NCBI GenBank assembly: GCA_963789955.1 | Contig: CAWBMV010000034.1 | Coordinates: forward strand, 1,024,001-1,088,000 | Direction: 5' to 3' | Length of the DNA: 64,000 nucleotides | Origin: an uncultured Candidatus Rokubacteria bacterium | GTDB taxonomy: Bacteria; Methylomirabilota; Methylomirabilia; Rokubacteriales; CSP1-6 | Part shown: piece by piece, positions 1 to 12,080 of the stretch | How the letters are laid out: each line of letters starts with the position of its first letter | Position numbering within the stretch: position 1 is the stretch's first letter | Translations under genes and position numbers: made by a program | Notes under the pieces: model-generated | Told to the model about the DNA's origin: nothing | Databases searched by the model: none | The model's input: only the letters and a program-made list of their open reading frames with translations

Positions 1-1025
<1,025 letters not shown>

Positions 1026-1213
1026 GCGTCGCGGCTGCCGCCGCCGCCCCGTCGGATCACCGCAATTCTTGTCCGCCGCGCGGCGAGTCGACGGCTCGCC
1101 GAGAAAGATGGTACGATAGGCACGTCGCGGGCGCTCTCGGGCCGAAGTGCCTTTCGGAGTTGGCGTTTCTCTTCCGTGTCTCAGCGCTGTCGCGATTGCT
1201 GTCGGCGTTCGGA

Positions 1214-1240
1214 GTTCTAGAACACTGAGGTTCTATGAAC
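1214..1240. promoter_or_regulatory. Candidate GntR/HutC operator palindromes
   Basis: Perfect palindrome GTTCTAGAAC (1214-1223) and near copy GTTCTATGAAC (1230-1240) at the start of the GntR gene. Confidence 0.35.
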
Positions 1241-1984
1241 GGCAGGATGAAGCTGAACAGTCGAGTGCCCCGCTACCACCGCATCGCGGAGACCTTGCGC
1301 GAACGAATCCGCGGCGGCGAGCTCGCTTCCGGCGCACGGCTCGACAATCAGCGCCAGCTCGCGAAGAGCTTCGGCGTGACCTTGATGACCCTCCGTCAGG
1401 CGCTCGAGCTCCTCGAGCGCGAGCACCTCATCACGCGTCGCCACGGGCTCGGCACGTTCGTCGCCGCGCCGTCGATCGACTACGACATCCTGCAGCTTCG
1501 CCGCTTCGCCGGCGATCTCTCGGCCAAGGGCGAGCACGTCGCGACCCGGCTGCTGGGCACGCGGTTCGCGGCGCCTGACCGGCGCGTCGCCGAGGCGCTG
1601 CGCCTCTCCGGCCGGCCGCGCGTGCTCGTGCTCGATCGGCTCCGCCTGGTCGATGCGCATCCGATGAGCCTCCAGCGGTCGTTCCTGCCGTCGCCGCTCG
1701 GTGACGAGGTCGTCCGCGCCGATCTCGCGCTGACGCCGCTGCACCAGGTGCTCGAGTTCAAGCTGGGCGTGATCATCACGCGCGCGCACGAGAGCGTCTC
1801 GGCGGTGCGCCTGGGCCGACGCGAGGCTCGCGATCTCGGCTGCGGCGCCGGCGAGCCGGCGTTCGAGTCCGAGCGCGTCTCGTACGACGCCGGCGGCGCG
1901 CCGGTCGTCTTCGATCGAGTCTTCATCCCGGGCGACCGCTTCCGGATCACCCGCGAACTTCACTACGAAGGAGCGACGTCATGA
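1235..1984 (+). CDS. GntR family transcriptional regulator (HutC/UTRA subfamily)
   Basis: N-terminal wHTH (PRYHRIAETLRERI...FGVTLMTLRQAL...RRHGLGTFV) plus UTRA-like C-terminus; start may be ATG 1247. Confidence 0.92.
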   Translation: MNGRMKLNSRVPRYHRIAETLRERIRGGELASGARLDNQRQLAKSFGVTLMTLRQALELLEREHLITRRHGLGTFVAAPSIDYDILQLRRFAGDLSAKGEHVATRLLGTRFAAPDRRVAEALRLSGRPRVLVLDRLRLVDAHPMSLQRSFLPSPLGDEVVRADLALTPLHQVLEFKLGVIITRAHESVSAVRLGRREARDLGCGAGEPAFESERVSYDAGGAPVVFDRVFIPGDRFRITRELHYEGATS

Positions 1985-2760
1985 AGATCGTTGTCACCAT
2001 CAAGCAGGTGCCGGACACGGCCACCCAGGTGAAGATCGCGGCGGACGGGAAGTCGATCGACACCACGGGCATCACGTGGATCGTCTCGCCCTACGACGAG
2101 TTCGCCGTGGAGGAGGCGCTCCGGATCAAGGAAAAGCGCGGCCAGGGCGAGGTGGTGGCGGTTTCCCTCGGCCCGGATCGCGTGAAGGAGGCGCTGCGCT
2201 CCAGCCTCGCGATGGGATGCGATCGCGCGATCCACCTGAACGATGCCGCGTGGTCGGCGGCGGACACCCTGGCGACCGCGAAGGCGCTGGCCGCCGTGAT
2301 CAAGCAGGAAGCGCCGCAGCTCGTGCTGTGCGGCCGTCAGGCGATCGACGACGACATGGGCGCCGTGACGGCGCAGCTCGCCGAGCTGCTGGGCTGGCCG
2401 TGCGCCTACTGGATCATGGAGGAAACGATCGACGCCGACGGCAAGTCTGTCCGGGCCGCGCGCCAGGTCGAGGGCGGCCTCGAGGTCTTCGACCTGCCGC
2501 TGCCCGCCGTGCTGGCGGCGCAGAAGGGGCTCAACGAGCCGCGCTACCCGACCCTGAAGGGGATCATGGGCGCCAAGAAGAAGGAGATCAAGGACGTGAA
2601 GGCGGCCGACCTCGGGATCTCGGCCGAGCCGTCGCAGCTCTCGATCGTCGGACTCGAGGCGCTGCCGGCGCGTCCGCCGGGACGCATCATCCAGGGTGAC
2701 GTGCCCACCGCGGTGAAAGAGCTCGTCCGCGCCCTGCGCGAAGACGCCAAAGCGATTTAG
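1981..2760 (+). CDS. etfB: Electron transfer flavoprotein beta subunit
   Basis: MKIVVTIKQVPD, PYDEFAVEEAL, GRQAIDDD, LNEPRYPTLKGIM. Confidence 0.96.
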   Translation: MKIVVTIKQVPDTATQVKIAADGKSIDTTGITWIVSPYDEFAVEEALRIKEKRGQGEVVAVSLGPDRVKEALRSSLAMGCDRAIHLNDAAWSAADTLATAKALAAVIKQEAPQLVLCGRQAIDDDMGAVTAQLAELLGWPCAYWIMEETIDADGKSVRAARQVEGGLEVFDLPLPAVLAAQKGLNEPRYPTLKGIMGAKKKEIKDVKAADLGISAEPSQLSIVGLEALPARPPGRIIQGDVPTAVKELVRALREDAKAI

Positions 2761-2772
2761 CGAGAGGACACC

Positions 2773-3754
2773 ATGCCCAACGCGTTCTGGTGCATCGTCG
2801 AAGACGATCGAAACGGCTCGCCGAAGAAGGTCATGGCCGAGGTGATCGGCGAAGCCGCGCGGCTCGCGCCCGGCCGGGTCGAGGCGGTGTGGCTCACCGA
2901 CAAGGCGAGCGACGCCGGCTTGAAGCAGCTGGGCGAGTGGGGTGCCGGCAAGGTGCTGCTGCTCGAGAACGCCGCGTTCGCGCCGTACCGCAGCGAGGTC
3001 TGGACGGCGGCGGCCGCGGATCTCGCGACGAAGGAGTCGCCGGCGGCGATCTTCGCGCCGGTCACGAGCCGTCAGCGAGAGTTCGTCGGCGCGCCTGGCC
3101 GCGCGGCTGGGGGTGGGGCTCTCGGCCGACTCGGTCCGGTTCGCGATGGAGGGCGACAAGCTCGTCGCGACCCGTCCGGTCTACGCGGGCAAGCTGCTCT
3201 CGAAGGTGACGTGGGCGAAGTCGCCGTGGGTCGCGACCCTGAGACCCAACGTGTTCCGTCCCGCCGAGAGCCAGCCCGGCAAGACCGCGTCGGTCGAGCG
3301 GCCGAGCCTCACCGCGGCGGGCGCGCAGATGAAATTCGTCGAGCGCCGCGAGGAAGTCTCGACCGGGCTCCCCGAGCTGACCGAAGCGGAGACCGTCATC
3401 TCCGGCGGGCGCGGCATGAAGGGCCCGGAGAACTACGTGATCCTGGAAGAGCTGGGCCGAGTCATCGGCGCGGCGGTCGGCGCGTCGCGCGCGGCCGTGG
3501 ACGCGGGCTGGCGGCCGCATCGCTTCCAGATCGGCCAGACCGGGCGGACGATCTCGCCCAAGCTCTATCTCGGCTTCGGCGTGTCGGGCGCGATCCAGCA
3601 CCTGGCGGGCATGCGGACGTCGAAGGTGATCGTGGCGGTGAACAAGGACCCGGAGGCGCCGATCTTCAAGATCGCCGATTTCGGGATCGTGGCCGATCTG
3701 TTCGAGGTCGTGCCCGAGCTGACGAAAGAGTTCAAGAAGCTCCTGGAGAAATAG
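2773..3754 (+). CDS. etfA: Electron transfer flavoprotein alpha subunit (frameshift near 3085)
   Basis: ORF 2773 N-terminus joins ORF 2942-3754 with [45 protein letters not shown]. Confidence 0.93.
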
Positions 3755-3764
3755 GAAGACAGGC

Positions 3765-4922
3765 GTGACGTTCGATCTGACGTCCGAGCAGCAGCTGATC
3801 CAGGCCACGGCGCGGGAGTTCGCCGAGACCCAGATCAAGCCCATCGCCGCCGAGATCGACCGCGACTCGCGCTTCCCGCACGAGACGATCAAGCGGATGG
3901 GCGAGCTCGGACTCATGGGCATCGTCATTCCCGAGCAATGGGGCGGCAGCGGCGCCGGCGCGGTCGCCTACGTGGTCGCGCTCGAAGAGATCGCGCGGGT
4001 GTGCGCGAGCCACGCCGTGGTCATGTCGGTCAACAACTCGCTCTACGGCGACCCGCTCGCGCGGTTCGGCACCGACGCTCAGCGCGAGCAGTTCCTGACG
4101 CCGGTCGCCTCGGGTCACGCGCACGGATGCTTCGCGCTCACCGAGCCGCAGGCGGGCTCGGACGCGACGAACCAGGCGACCCTGGCCGTGCGCGACGGCG
4201 ATCACTACGTGCTGAACGGGCGCAAGCGCTTCATCACGAACGGGCGCGAGTCGTCGTTCGCGCTCGTGTTCTGTCAGACCGATCGCGCCAAAGGCCACCA
4301 CGGCATCACCGCCTTCGTGGTCGAGAAGGGCACGCCGGGCTTCACGGTGGGAAAGACCGAGGACAAGCTCGGCATCCGCGCCTCGGACACGGCCGAGCTG
4401 CTCTTCGACGACTGCCGCGTGCCGGTGCTGCACCGCATCGGCGACGAGGGACAGGGATTCAAGATCGCCATGACGGCGGTCGACGGCGGGCGGATCGGGA
4501 TCGCCGCGCAGGCGGTCGGGATCGCGACCGGAGCCTACGAGCGCTCGGTGGCGTACGCGCGGGAGCGCAAGGCCTTCGGCGTGATCATCGGCGAGCACCA
4601 GATGGTCCAGTGGATGCTGGCCGACATGGCCGTGGCGATCGACGGCGCGCGGCTCCTGACGCGCAAGGCCGCCGCGCTCAAGGATGCCGGCCGGCCGTAT
4701 CGCACCGCCGCCGCGATGGCCAAGCTGTTCGCCGCCGAGACGGCGATGAAGGTCACGACCGACGCGATCCAGGTTCACGGCGGCTACGGCTTCATCAAGG
4801 AGTACGAGGTCGAGCGTGCCTTCCGCGACGCGAAGATCACGCAGCTGTACGAGGGGACGTCGCAGATCCAGAAGCTGGTGGTCGCACGCCACCTGCTGCG
4901 AGGTGACCATGGCCGAGCCTGA
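3765..4922 (+). CDS. Short/branched-chain acyl-CoA dehydrogenase
   Basis: [58 protein letters not shown]. Confidence 0.95.
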   Translation: MTFDLTSEQQLIQATAREFAETQIKPIAAEIDRDSRFPHETIKRMGELGLMGIVIPEQWGGSGAGAVAYVVALEEIARVCASHAVVMSVNNSLYGDPLARFGTDAQREQFLTPVASGHAHGCFALTEPQAGSDATNQATLAVRDGDHYVLNGRKRFITNGRESSFALVFCQTDRAKGHHGITAFVVEKGTPGFTVGKTEDKLGIRASDTAELLFDDCRVPVLHRIGDEGQGFKIAMTAVDGGRIGIAAQAVGIATGAYERSVAYARERKAFGVIIGEHQMVQWMLADMAVAIDGARLLTRKAAALKDAGRPYRTAAAMAKLFAAETAMKVTTDAIQVHGGYGFIKEYEVERAFRDAKITQLYEGTSQIQKLVVARHLLRGDHGRA

Positions 4923-6523
4923 GCGCGGGCCCGAGCGCCCGGTGCGGTTCGAGACGTTGTCGGGGATCCCGATCGAACCGCTCTACACGCCCGAGAGCCT
5001 GCAGCAGTGGTCGCCCGAAGAGAAGCTCGGGCGCCCCGGCGAGTACCCGTTCACCCGCGGCGTCTATCCGACGATGTACCGGGGTCGGCTCTGGACGATG
5101 CGGATGTTCGCCGGATTCGGCCGGCCGGAGGACACGAACGCCCGCTTCAAGTACCTGCTCGAGCAGGGACAGACGGGGCTCTCGACCGCGTTCGACATGC
5201 CCGCGCTGATGGGCTACGACGCCGATCACCCGCGGGCCCGGGGCGAGGTCGGCAAGGAAGGCGTGTCGATCTCGACCCTGGACGACTTCGAGCGGCTGTT
5301 CGCGGGGATCCCGCTCGGCGACGTCACGACGTCGATGACGATCAACTGCACGGCGTCGGTCGCGCTCGCGATGTACCTGGCCGTCGCCGAGAAGCAGGGC
5401 GTGTCGTGGAGCCGCGTCGGCGGCACGATGCAGAACGACATGCTGAAGGAGTTCATCGCCCAGAAGGAATGGATCTGTCCGCCCGATCCGGCCGTCCGGA
5501 TCGTCGTCGACATGATCGAGTTCACGGCGAAGCACGTCCCGCGCTTCAACCCGGTCTCGATCTCGGGCTATCACATCCGCGAGGCGGGGGCGACGGCGGT
5601 GCAGGAGCTCGCGTTCACGCTGGCCGACGGGCTCGGCTACGTCGAGGCGGCCTGCGCGCGCGGCCTGGACGTCGACAGCTTCGCGCCGAGGCTCTCGTTC
5701 TTCTTCGACATCCACAACGACTTCTTCGAGGAGATCGCCAAGCTCCGGGCGGCGCGGCGCCTCTGGGCGCGGTTCATGAAGGAGCGGTTCGGCGCCAAGA
5801 AGCCGGAGTCGATGCGGCTCCGGACGCACACGCAGACGGCCGGCGTCTCGGCGACCGCGCAGCAGCCGCTCAACAACGTCGCGCGCGTCGCGATCCAGGC
5901 GCTGGCGGCGGTGCTGGGCGGCGCGCAGTCGCTGCACACCAACTCGTACGACGAGACGTGGGCGCTGCCGACCGAGGACGCCGTGACGGTCGCGCTCCGG
6001 ACGCAGCAGATCATCGCCGAGGAGTCCGGCGTCGCGCTGACGATCGACCCGCTCGGCGGCTCGTACTTCCTCGAGACGTTGACGGACCAGATGGAGGCGG
6101 CGCGCGCTCGAGTACATCCGGAAGATCGACGCGATGGGCGGCATCGTCCGGGCGATCGACACGGGCTATCCGCAGCGCGAGATCGCCGACGCCGCGTATC
6201 GCTATCAGCTGATGGACGACCGGCGCGAGAAGGTCGTGGTCGGCGTCAACAAGTACGTGATGACCGAGGAGCGGCCGATCAACTTCCTGAAGATCGACGC
6301 GGCGGTCGAGCACGAGCAGATCGAGCGCGTCGGGCGCTTCAAGGCCGCGCGCGACGGCAGCAAGGTCGAGCGGCGGCTCAAGCAGCTGGCCGAGGCGTGC
6401 CGCGAGCAGCGCAACGTCATGCCGGTCTTGATCGATGCGGTAAAGGACTACGTCAGTCTCGGAGAAATCTCAGACGTCTACCGCCAGGTGTTCGGGCTCT
6501 ACCGCGAGCCGATCATCTTTTAG
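4909..6523 (+). CDS. icmA: B12-dependent acyl-CoA mutase large subunit, isobutyryl-CoA mutase type (frameshift near 6100)
   Basis: [29 protein letters not shown] (Phe where MCM has Tyr), [14 protein letters not shown] (Gln where MCM has Arg), [20 protein letters not shown]-terminus in ORF 6134-6523. Confidence 0.85.
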
Positions 6524-6595
6524 AGGCGGCAGATGAATGTGGATTCCGGCACGGGTGAATGACGCCGTAGCGGCCGCGTAAGGGAGAGAGATGAA

Positions 6596-7665
6596 ATGAC
6601 TGAGCCGATCCGGATCGCGCAGTCGACGGTGAAGAAACAGAAGCCCAAGGACAGTGAGCTCACCTTCGGGACGGTCTTCACGGACCACATGTTCGTGATG
6701 GACTTCCAGGAAGAGAAGGGATGGTACGACCCGCGCATCGAGCCGTACGGGCCGTTCCCGATGGATCCGGCGACGGCCGTCCTGCACTACGCGCAGGCCG
6801 TCTTCGACGGGCTCAAGGCGTTTCGCCAGCGCAACGGCAAGGTCGGTCCTCTTCCGGCCGCAGAAGCACGTCGCGCGGTTGATCGAGTCGTCGAAGCGGC
6901 TCTGCATCCCGCCGCTCGATCCGGAGCTGGCGCTGAAGTCGCTGGTGACCCTGGTCGGGATGGAGAAGGACTGGGTGCCGTCGACTGTCGGGACGTCGCT
7001 CTACGTGCGGCCGACGATCATCGCCAACGAGGCGTTCCTCGGCGTGCGGCCGGCGAGGTCCTACATCTATTACGTGATCCTCTCGCCGGTCGGCGCCTAC
7101 TATCCCGAAGGCATGAACCCGGTGAAGATCCTCGTGGTCGACAAGTACGTGCGCGCGGTCGAGGGCGGCGTGGGCGGTGCTAAGACCGGTGTGAACTACG
7201 CGGCGAGCCTCTACGCCGCGGAAGAAGCCAAGCACGCGGGCTTCACGCAGGTGCTGTGGCTCGACGGCGCGGGAGCGCAAGTACATCGACGAAGTCGGCA
7301 CGATGAACATCATGCTGAAGATCGGCGACGAGATCATCACGCCGCCGCTCAGCGGCACGATCCTGGCCGGCGTGACGCGCGACTCCGTGCTGACCTTGAT
7401 GCGCGAGTGGGGGCTGCGCGTCTCCGAGCGCCCGGTGACGATCGACGAGGTCGCCGCGGCCGCGCACAAGGGCAAGCTCGAGGAAGTCTGGGGCACCGGC
7501 ACCGCCGCGGTCATCTCGCCCGTGGGCGAGCTCTCCTACAAGGGCGAGCGGATCGTGATCAACGGCGGGCGCATCGGCCCGCTGACCCAGAAGCTCTACG
7601 ACACGATCGTCGGCATCCAGTACGGCACGGCGCCGGACACGCACGGCTGGACGGTGCCGGTCTAG
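6596..7665 (+). CDS. ilvE: Branched-chain amino acid aminotransferase (frameshifts near 6845 and 7270)
   Basis: FGTVFTDHM, LHYAQAVFDGLKA, LYVRP, AKTGVNYAASL, EVGTMN, ILAGVTRDS, GTGTAAVISPV across three frames. Confidence 0.93.
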
Positions 7666-7674
7666 GCGATCACG

Positions 7675-8097
7675 ATGAGCGACTGCGTCTTCTGCAAGAT
7701 CCGCGACGGACAGATTCCCTCGACGAAGGTCTACGAGGACGAGCGGACCCTCTGCATCATGGACATCAACCCGCTCAACGCCGGGCATTGCCTCGTGCTG
7801 ACCAAGACGCACGTCGCCACGATCTTCGACGCCGAGCCGGCCGACCTGCAGGCGGCCATCACCACGGCCAAGCGTGTCGCGACCGCCCAGCGCGCCGCGC
7901 TGAAGCCGGACGGCTTGAACATGCTCCAGGCCAACGGGCCGGCGGCGTTCCAGTCGGTGCCGCACTTCCATCTGCACCTGATCCCGCGCTGGACCAATGA
8001 CGGCAAGGGGTTCGACTGGAAGCTCGTCCCGGGCGACCGGGACCGTATCGCGAAGGCGAGCGAGCAGATCCGCGCCGCGCTCGCGGGAGGCAAGTGA
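7675..8097 (+). CDS. HIT (histidine triad) family protein
   Basis: DCVFCKI N-terminus, [17 protein letters not shown] triad. Confidence 0.95.
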   Translation: MSDCVFCKIRDGQIPSTKVYEDERTLCIMDINPLNAGHCLVLTKTHVATIFDAEPADLQAAITTAKRVATAQRAALKPDGLNMLQANGPAAFQSVPHFHLHLIPRWTNDGKGFDWKLVPGDRDRIAKASEQIRAALAGGK

Positions 8098-8501
8098 TGG
8101 CCGAACGATCGATCCGCGTCGTCGTCGCCAAGCCGGGGCTCGACGGGCACGACCGCGGCGCGAAGATCGTGGCGCGGGCGCTGCGCGATGCCGGCTTCGA
8201 GGTGATCTACACGGGTCTCCATCAGACGCCCGAGCAGATCGTCGCCACCGCGGTCCAGGAAGACGCGGACGCCATCGGACTCTCCGTGCTCTCCGGCGCC
8301 CACAACTATCTCTTCCAGCGCGTCCTCGAGCTGCTCGCCGAGCAGGGCGCGGGCGACGTCGCGGTGTTCGGCGGCGGGATCATCCCGCCCGAGGACATCG
8401 CGTCGTTGAAGGCGATGGGCGTCAAGGAGCTGTTCACGCCGGGCACCTCCACGCAGGACATCGTCCGCTTCGTCCGCGAGCACATTCGCGCGGCGGTCTG
8501 A
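8097..8501 (+). CDS. icmB: Cobalamin-binding small subunit of acyl-CoA mutase
   Basis: [13 protein letters not shown] (DxHxxG), [19 protein letters not shown]. Confidence 0.88.
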   Translation: MAERSIRVVVAKPGLDGHDRGAKIVARALRDAGFEVIYTGLHQTPEQIVATAVQEDADAIGLSVLSGAHNYLFQRVLELLAEQGAGDVAVFGGGIIPPEDIASLKAMGVKELFTPGTSTQDIVRFVREHIRAAV

Positions 8502-8504
8502 GTC

Positions 8505-9650
8505 GTGGACTTCGACCTCACGCCCGAGCAGCAGCAGGTGCGGGACGTCGCGCGACAGTTCGCGGAGGCCGAGCTCGGCGACAAGATCGCGCCGTTCGAC
8601 GAGCGCCACGAGTTCCCCCACGCGATCGTGGCCAAGCTCGGGCCGCTCGGCTTCCTCGGCGTGGTGGTGCCCGAGGAGCTCGGCGGCGCCGGCCTCGACT
8701 ACGTGTCCTACGCGCTGATCGTCGAGGAGCTGTGCCGCGGCGACGCCTCGGTCGGCATCACGATGTGGGCGCACAACTCGCTCTGCACCAACCACATCGC
8801 GAGCTTCGCGTCGCCGGCGCTGAAGCAGAAATATCTGCCCGATCTCGTCAGCGGCCGCGTGCTCGGCGCCTGGGGCCTCACCGAGCCGGGCTCGGGCTCC
8901 GACGCGGCCGCGCTCGCGACGCGCGCCGAGCTGCGCGACGGGCACTGGGTCCTGAACGGCAGCAAGGCGTTCATCACCAACGGCTCGGTCGGCTCGACCG
9001 CCGTCGTCATGGCCCGCACCGATCCCGAGCGCAAGACCCGGGGCATCTCCGCCTTCATCCTCGACAAGAGCACGCCGGGCTTCATCCGGGGCAAGCCGTA
9101 CCGGAAGCTCGGCCTGCACGCGTCGGACACCGCCGAGATGATCTTCGAGGACGCGCGCGTCCCGGCCGAGAACCTCATCGGCGAGCGGGGCAACGGCTTC
9201 GTCCAGGCGATGCAGGTGCTCGAGGGCGGACGGATCGCGATGGCGGCCATGGGCGTCGGCATCGCCCAGGCGGCCGTCGACCAGGCGGTCAAGTACATGA
9301 AGCAGCGCAGCGCGTTCGGCCGCACGCTCGCCGAGTTCAACGGCCTCCAGGGCATGATCGCGGAGGTCGCGACCGAGGTCGAGGTGTCGCGCCTGCTCAC
9401 CCTGCGCGCGGCGCACTTGAAAGACACGGGTCGGCCGGCGATGCACGCGGCCGCGATGGCCAAGCTGTTCGCGTCGGAGACCGCGATGAAGGCGGCGTCG
9501 AAAGCGGTGCAGATCCACGGCGGCGCGGGCTACATCACGGAATTCCCCGTCGAGCGCATCTTCCGCGACGCCAAGCTGACCGAGATCGGCGAGGGCACCT
9601 CCGAGATCCAGCGCCTCGTCATCGCCCGGGAGATCCTCCAGCTCACGTGA
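8505..9650 (+). CDS. Acyl-CoA dehydrogenase
   Basis: [46 protein letters not shown]. Confidence 0.95.
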   Translation: MDFDLTPEQQQVRDVARQFAEAELGDKIAPFDERHEFPHAIVAKLGPLGFLGVVVPEELGGAGLDYVSYALIVEELCRGDASVGITMWAHNSLCTNHIASFASPALKQKYLPDLVSGRVLGAWGLTEPGSGSDAAALATRAELRDGHWVLNGSKAFITNGSVGSTAVVMARTDPERKTRGISAFILDKSTPGFIRGKPYRKLGLHASDTAEMIFEDARVPAENLIGERGNGFVQAMQVLEGGRIAMAAMGVGIAQAAVDQAVKYMKQRSAFGRTLAEFNGLQGMIAEVATEVEVSRLLTLRAAHLKDTGRPAMHAAAMAKLFASETAMKAASKAVQIHGGAGYITEFPVERIFRDAKLTEIGEGTSEIQRLVIAREILQLT

Positions 9651-10426
9651 GCGCTCGCCCCGAGCTGATCGTCGTCGAGGGCGTGACCAAGCGCTACCTC
9701 ACCAGCTCGGGCCCGGTGGAAGCGCTCCACGACGTCTCGCTCGCGGTCGAGGAGGGCGCCTTCTGCACGCTCATCGGGCCTTCCGGGTGCGGCAAGTCCA
9801 CGCTCCTCGGCATGCTCGGTGGCCTCGTCGCCCCGGATCAGGGGCGGCTGCTCGTCGACGGCCGCCCGGTGACCGGCCCCGATCCGCGGCGCGTCGCGAC
9901 CGTGTTCCAGGAGGCCGGTCTCTTTCCGTGGCGGACGACGCTTCAAAATGTCGAATTCGGCCTCGAGCTCCAGGGCGTGCCGGCCGAGCGGCGCCGCCGA
10001 ACGGCGACCGACCTGCTGGGCCCGCTCGGGCTCTCCGGCTTCGCCGAGAAGTATCCGCGCGAGCTGTCCGGCGGGATGAAGCAGCGCGTGGCGATCGGGC
10101 GCGCGCTCGCGCTCGACGCGAAAATCCTCTTGATGGACGAGCCGTTCGGCGCGCTCGACGAGCAGACGCGCGTCCTCATGGGCGAGTGGCTGCTCGACAT
10201 CTGGCGGCGCACCGGCAAGACCGTGATCTTCGTCACGCACAGCCTCCACGAGGCGCTGTTCCTCTCGACCCGGGTGGCCGTGATGACCGCGCGGCCCGGG
10301 CGGATCAAGGCGGCGCTCGACCTGACGATGGAATACCCGCGGTCGATGGAGTCGCCGGAGATGGTCGCGCTTCGCGCCAAGCTCTGGAGCGAGATCCGTG
10401 AGGAGTCGCTGAGAGCGATGCGATGA
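9647..10426 (+). CDS. ABC transporter ATP-binding protein (NitT/TauT family)
   Basis: [33 protein letters not shown] start overlaps upstream stop. Confidence 0.93.
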   Translation: MSARPELIVVEGVTKRYLTSSGPVEALHDVSLAVEEGAFCTLIGPSGCGKSTLLGMLGGLVAPDQGRLLVDGRPVTGPDPRRVATVFQEAGLFPWRTTLQNVEFGLELQGVPAERRRRTATDLLGPLGLSGFAEKYPRELSGGMKQRVAIGRALALDAKILLMDEPFGALDEQTRVLMGEWLLDIWRRTGKTVIFVTHSLHEALFLSTRVAVMTARPGRIKAALDLTMEYPRSMESPEMVALRAKLWSEIREESLRAMR

Positions 10427-11181
10427 CGGCCCGCGCGACGGTCGTCGGCCTGCGGCTGGCGCTGCTCGCGCTCCTCCTGGTGATCTGGGAGGTCGCGGGC
10501 CGGGCCGTGAATCCGCTCCTCGGCGTCCCGCCGTCGGCGGTCCTGCCGGCGCTGCGCGACCTGGTACTCCTGCGCTCGTATCCCGATCTTCCGGCGAGCA
10601 TCCTGCTCACGTTGCGCGAGATCGGCACCGCCTACGCTCTGGCGGTCGCGGCCGGGCTCGCCTGCGGATTCATGCTCGGCATGCATCGGCTCGTCGGGCG
10701 CGTGTGGGGGCCGATGCTCGCGGCGCTCTACGCGGTGCCGGCGGTCGTCTGGTATCCCTCGCTCATGCTCTTCTTCGGCCTCGACGCCGCCTCGAAGATC
10801 GCCTTCGGCTTCCTGCTCGGCTTCTTTCCGATCGCGCTCGCGGTGCTCGCCGGTATCCGCCAGGTGAACCCGCAGCTCGTCGTGGTCGCGCGCGCGTACG
10901 GCGCGGGCACGGTGACCGTCTTTCGTCGGGTGATGCTGCCCGCGATGCTCTTCACGCTCGTCGGCGGGCTCAGGACGGGGCTCGCGCTGTGCGTGATCGG
11001 CGTGGTCGTCGGCGAGATCCTCGGCTCGAAGGCCGGCATGGGCGCCCTCATCAATCACGCCTACGGGCTCCTTCGCACGGGAGACTACGTCGCGCTGGTG
11101 CTCGTCACCCTCGTCATGGTCGTGGGCTCCGATGTGCTGGCGAGTCTGCTCGAGCGCCGCGCGCGGCGGTGGTCGGAATGA
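10423..11181 (+). CDS. ABC transporter permease (NitT/TauT family)
   Basis: Multiple TM segments, EAA-like loop VVARAYGA...RRVMLPA. Confidence 0.9.
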   Translation: MTARATVVGLRLALLALLLVIWEVAGRAVNPLLGVPPSAVLPALRDLVLLRSYPDLPASILLTLREIGTAYALAVAAGLACGFMLGMHRLVGRVWGPMLAALYAVPAVVWYPSLMLFFGLDAASKIAFGFLLGFFPIALAVLAGIRQVNPQLVVVARAYGAGTVTVFRRVMLPAMLFTLVGGLRTGLALCVIGVVVGEILGSKAGMGALINHAYGLLRTGDYVALVLVTLVMVVGSDVLASLLERRARRWSE

Positions 11182-11915
11182 GGGTCAGAGCTCTCCAGCT
11201 CGTGACCGTGATCGTCGGGCTCGGCGCCTGGGAGCTGGCCGCGCGGATGGGCTGGGTCGACCCGCTCTTCGTCCCCGCGCCGAGCGCCATCGCGCCGGCG
11301 CTCGTCAGAATCAGCGGCGGAGCTCTCGCCGGGCTCGCCGATACGCTCGGCAAGACCGCCGTCGCCTACGTGCTGTCGGTGGTGCTCGGCGTCTCCGCGG
11401 GTGTCGCCGTCGGCTCGGTGCGGCTCCTGCGCGACGTCCTGTCCCCGTACGTGATCGCGCTCTACGGGATGCCGAAGATCCTGGTGCTGCCGTGGATCGT
11501 CCTCTTGCTCGGCTACGGCACGACCCCGGCGGTCTTCTACGGCACGCTCCACGGCTTCTTTCCGATCATGGTCCTGGTCATGGGGGCCGTGCGCGACGTC
11601 GACCGGACGCTCGTGACGGTCGCGCGCTCGCTCGGCGCGACGACGTGGCAGCTCTACTGGAAGGTGCTCCTGCCGGCGATCGTCCCGTCCGTGCTGGGCG
11701 GCATGCGTCTCGGCGTCGTGTTCTGCCTGCTCGGCGTCCTCGTGGTCGAGATGTTCGCCGGGGTTCGCGGGATGGGCTACGTGCTGGGCTCCTACGCCAA
11801 CGGTTTTCAGGCGCCCGAGCTGTTCGCGGCGACCGCGCTCGTCTCGGCCGCGTCGATCGCGATCGTCCTGACGCTCGACCATCTGAACGACAAGCTCTCG
11901 CGCTGGCGCGGCTAG
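11178..11915 (+). CDS. ABC transporter permease (NitT/TauT family)
   Basis: ATG 11178 within ORF 10704-11915; DPLFVPAPSAI, VARSLGA...KVLLPA. Confidence 0.9.
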   Translation: MRVRALQLVTVIVGLGAWELAARMGWVDPLFVPAPSAIAPALVRISGGALAGLADTLGKTAVAYVLSVVLGVSAGVAVGSVRLLRDVLSPYVIALYGMPKILVLPWIVLLLGYGTTPAVFYGTLHGFFPIMVLVMGAVRDVDRTLVTVARSLGATTWQLYWKVLLPAIVPSVLGGMRLGVVFCLLGVLVVEMFAGVRGMGYVLGSYANGFQAPELFAATALVSAASIAIVLTLDHLNDKLSRWRG

Positions 11916-12035
11916 CTCTCCGGGCCGGTCCAGGGCTTCCCAGTCACCGCCCAGTTCTTGAACACCGGGCCCTGCCTGGCTGCAACAGCCGCCTTATATT
12001 CCATCGGGTTGCAGCGCACTCGAGACCGCCGTTCG

Positions 12036-12052
12036 CTGGAATGCGGATTGCT
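12036..12052 (+). promoter_or_regulatory. Putative sigma54 (-24/-12) promoter
   Basis: CTGGAATGCGGATTGCT: GG-N10-GC with TTGCT, upstream of RBS GGAGG and ATG 12081. Confidence 0.55.
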
Positions 12053-12080
12053 CTTATTCAAGGGCAGGAGGGCAACGGCG

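Noticed and set aside
1026..1234. Cobalamin riboswitch ahead of the B12 mutase operon (6524-6595 also checked)
   Set aside because: No B12-box or recognisable GGGAA...GCCACTG consensus seen.
4909..6523. Methylmalonyl-CoA mutase call
   Set aside because: Specificity positions are Phe and Gln (RMFAGF, IAQKEW), not the Tyr/Arg of MCM.
2773..7665. Programmed ribosomal frameshifting in etfA/icmA/ilvE
   Set aside because: No slippery heptamers, and the shifts are scattered across unrelated genes, fitting sequencing indels.
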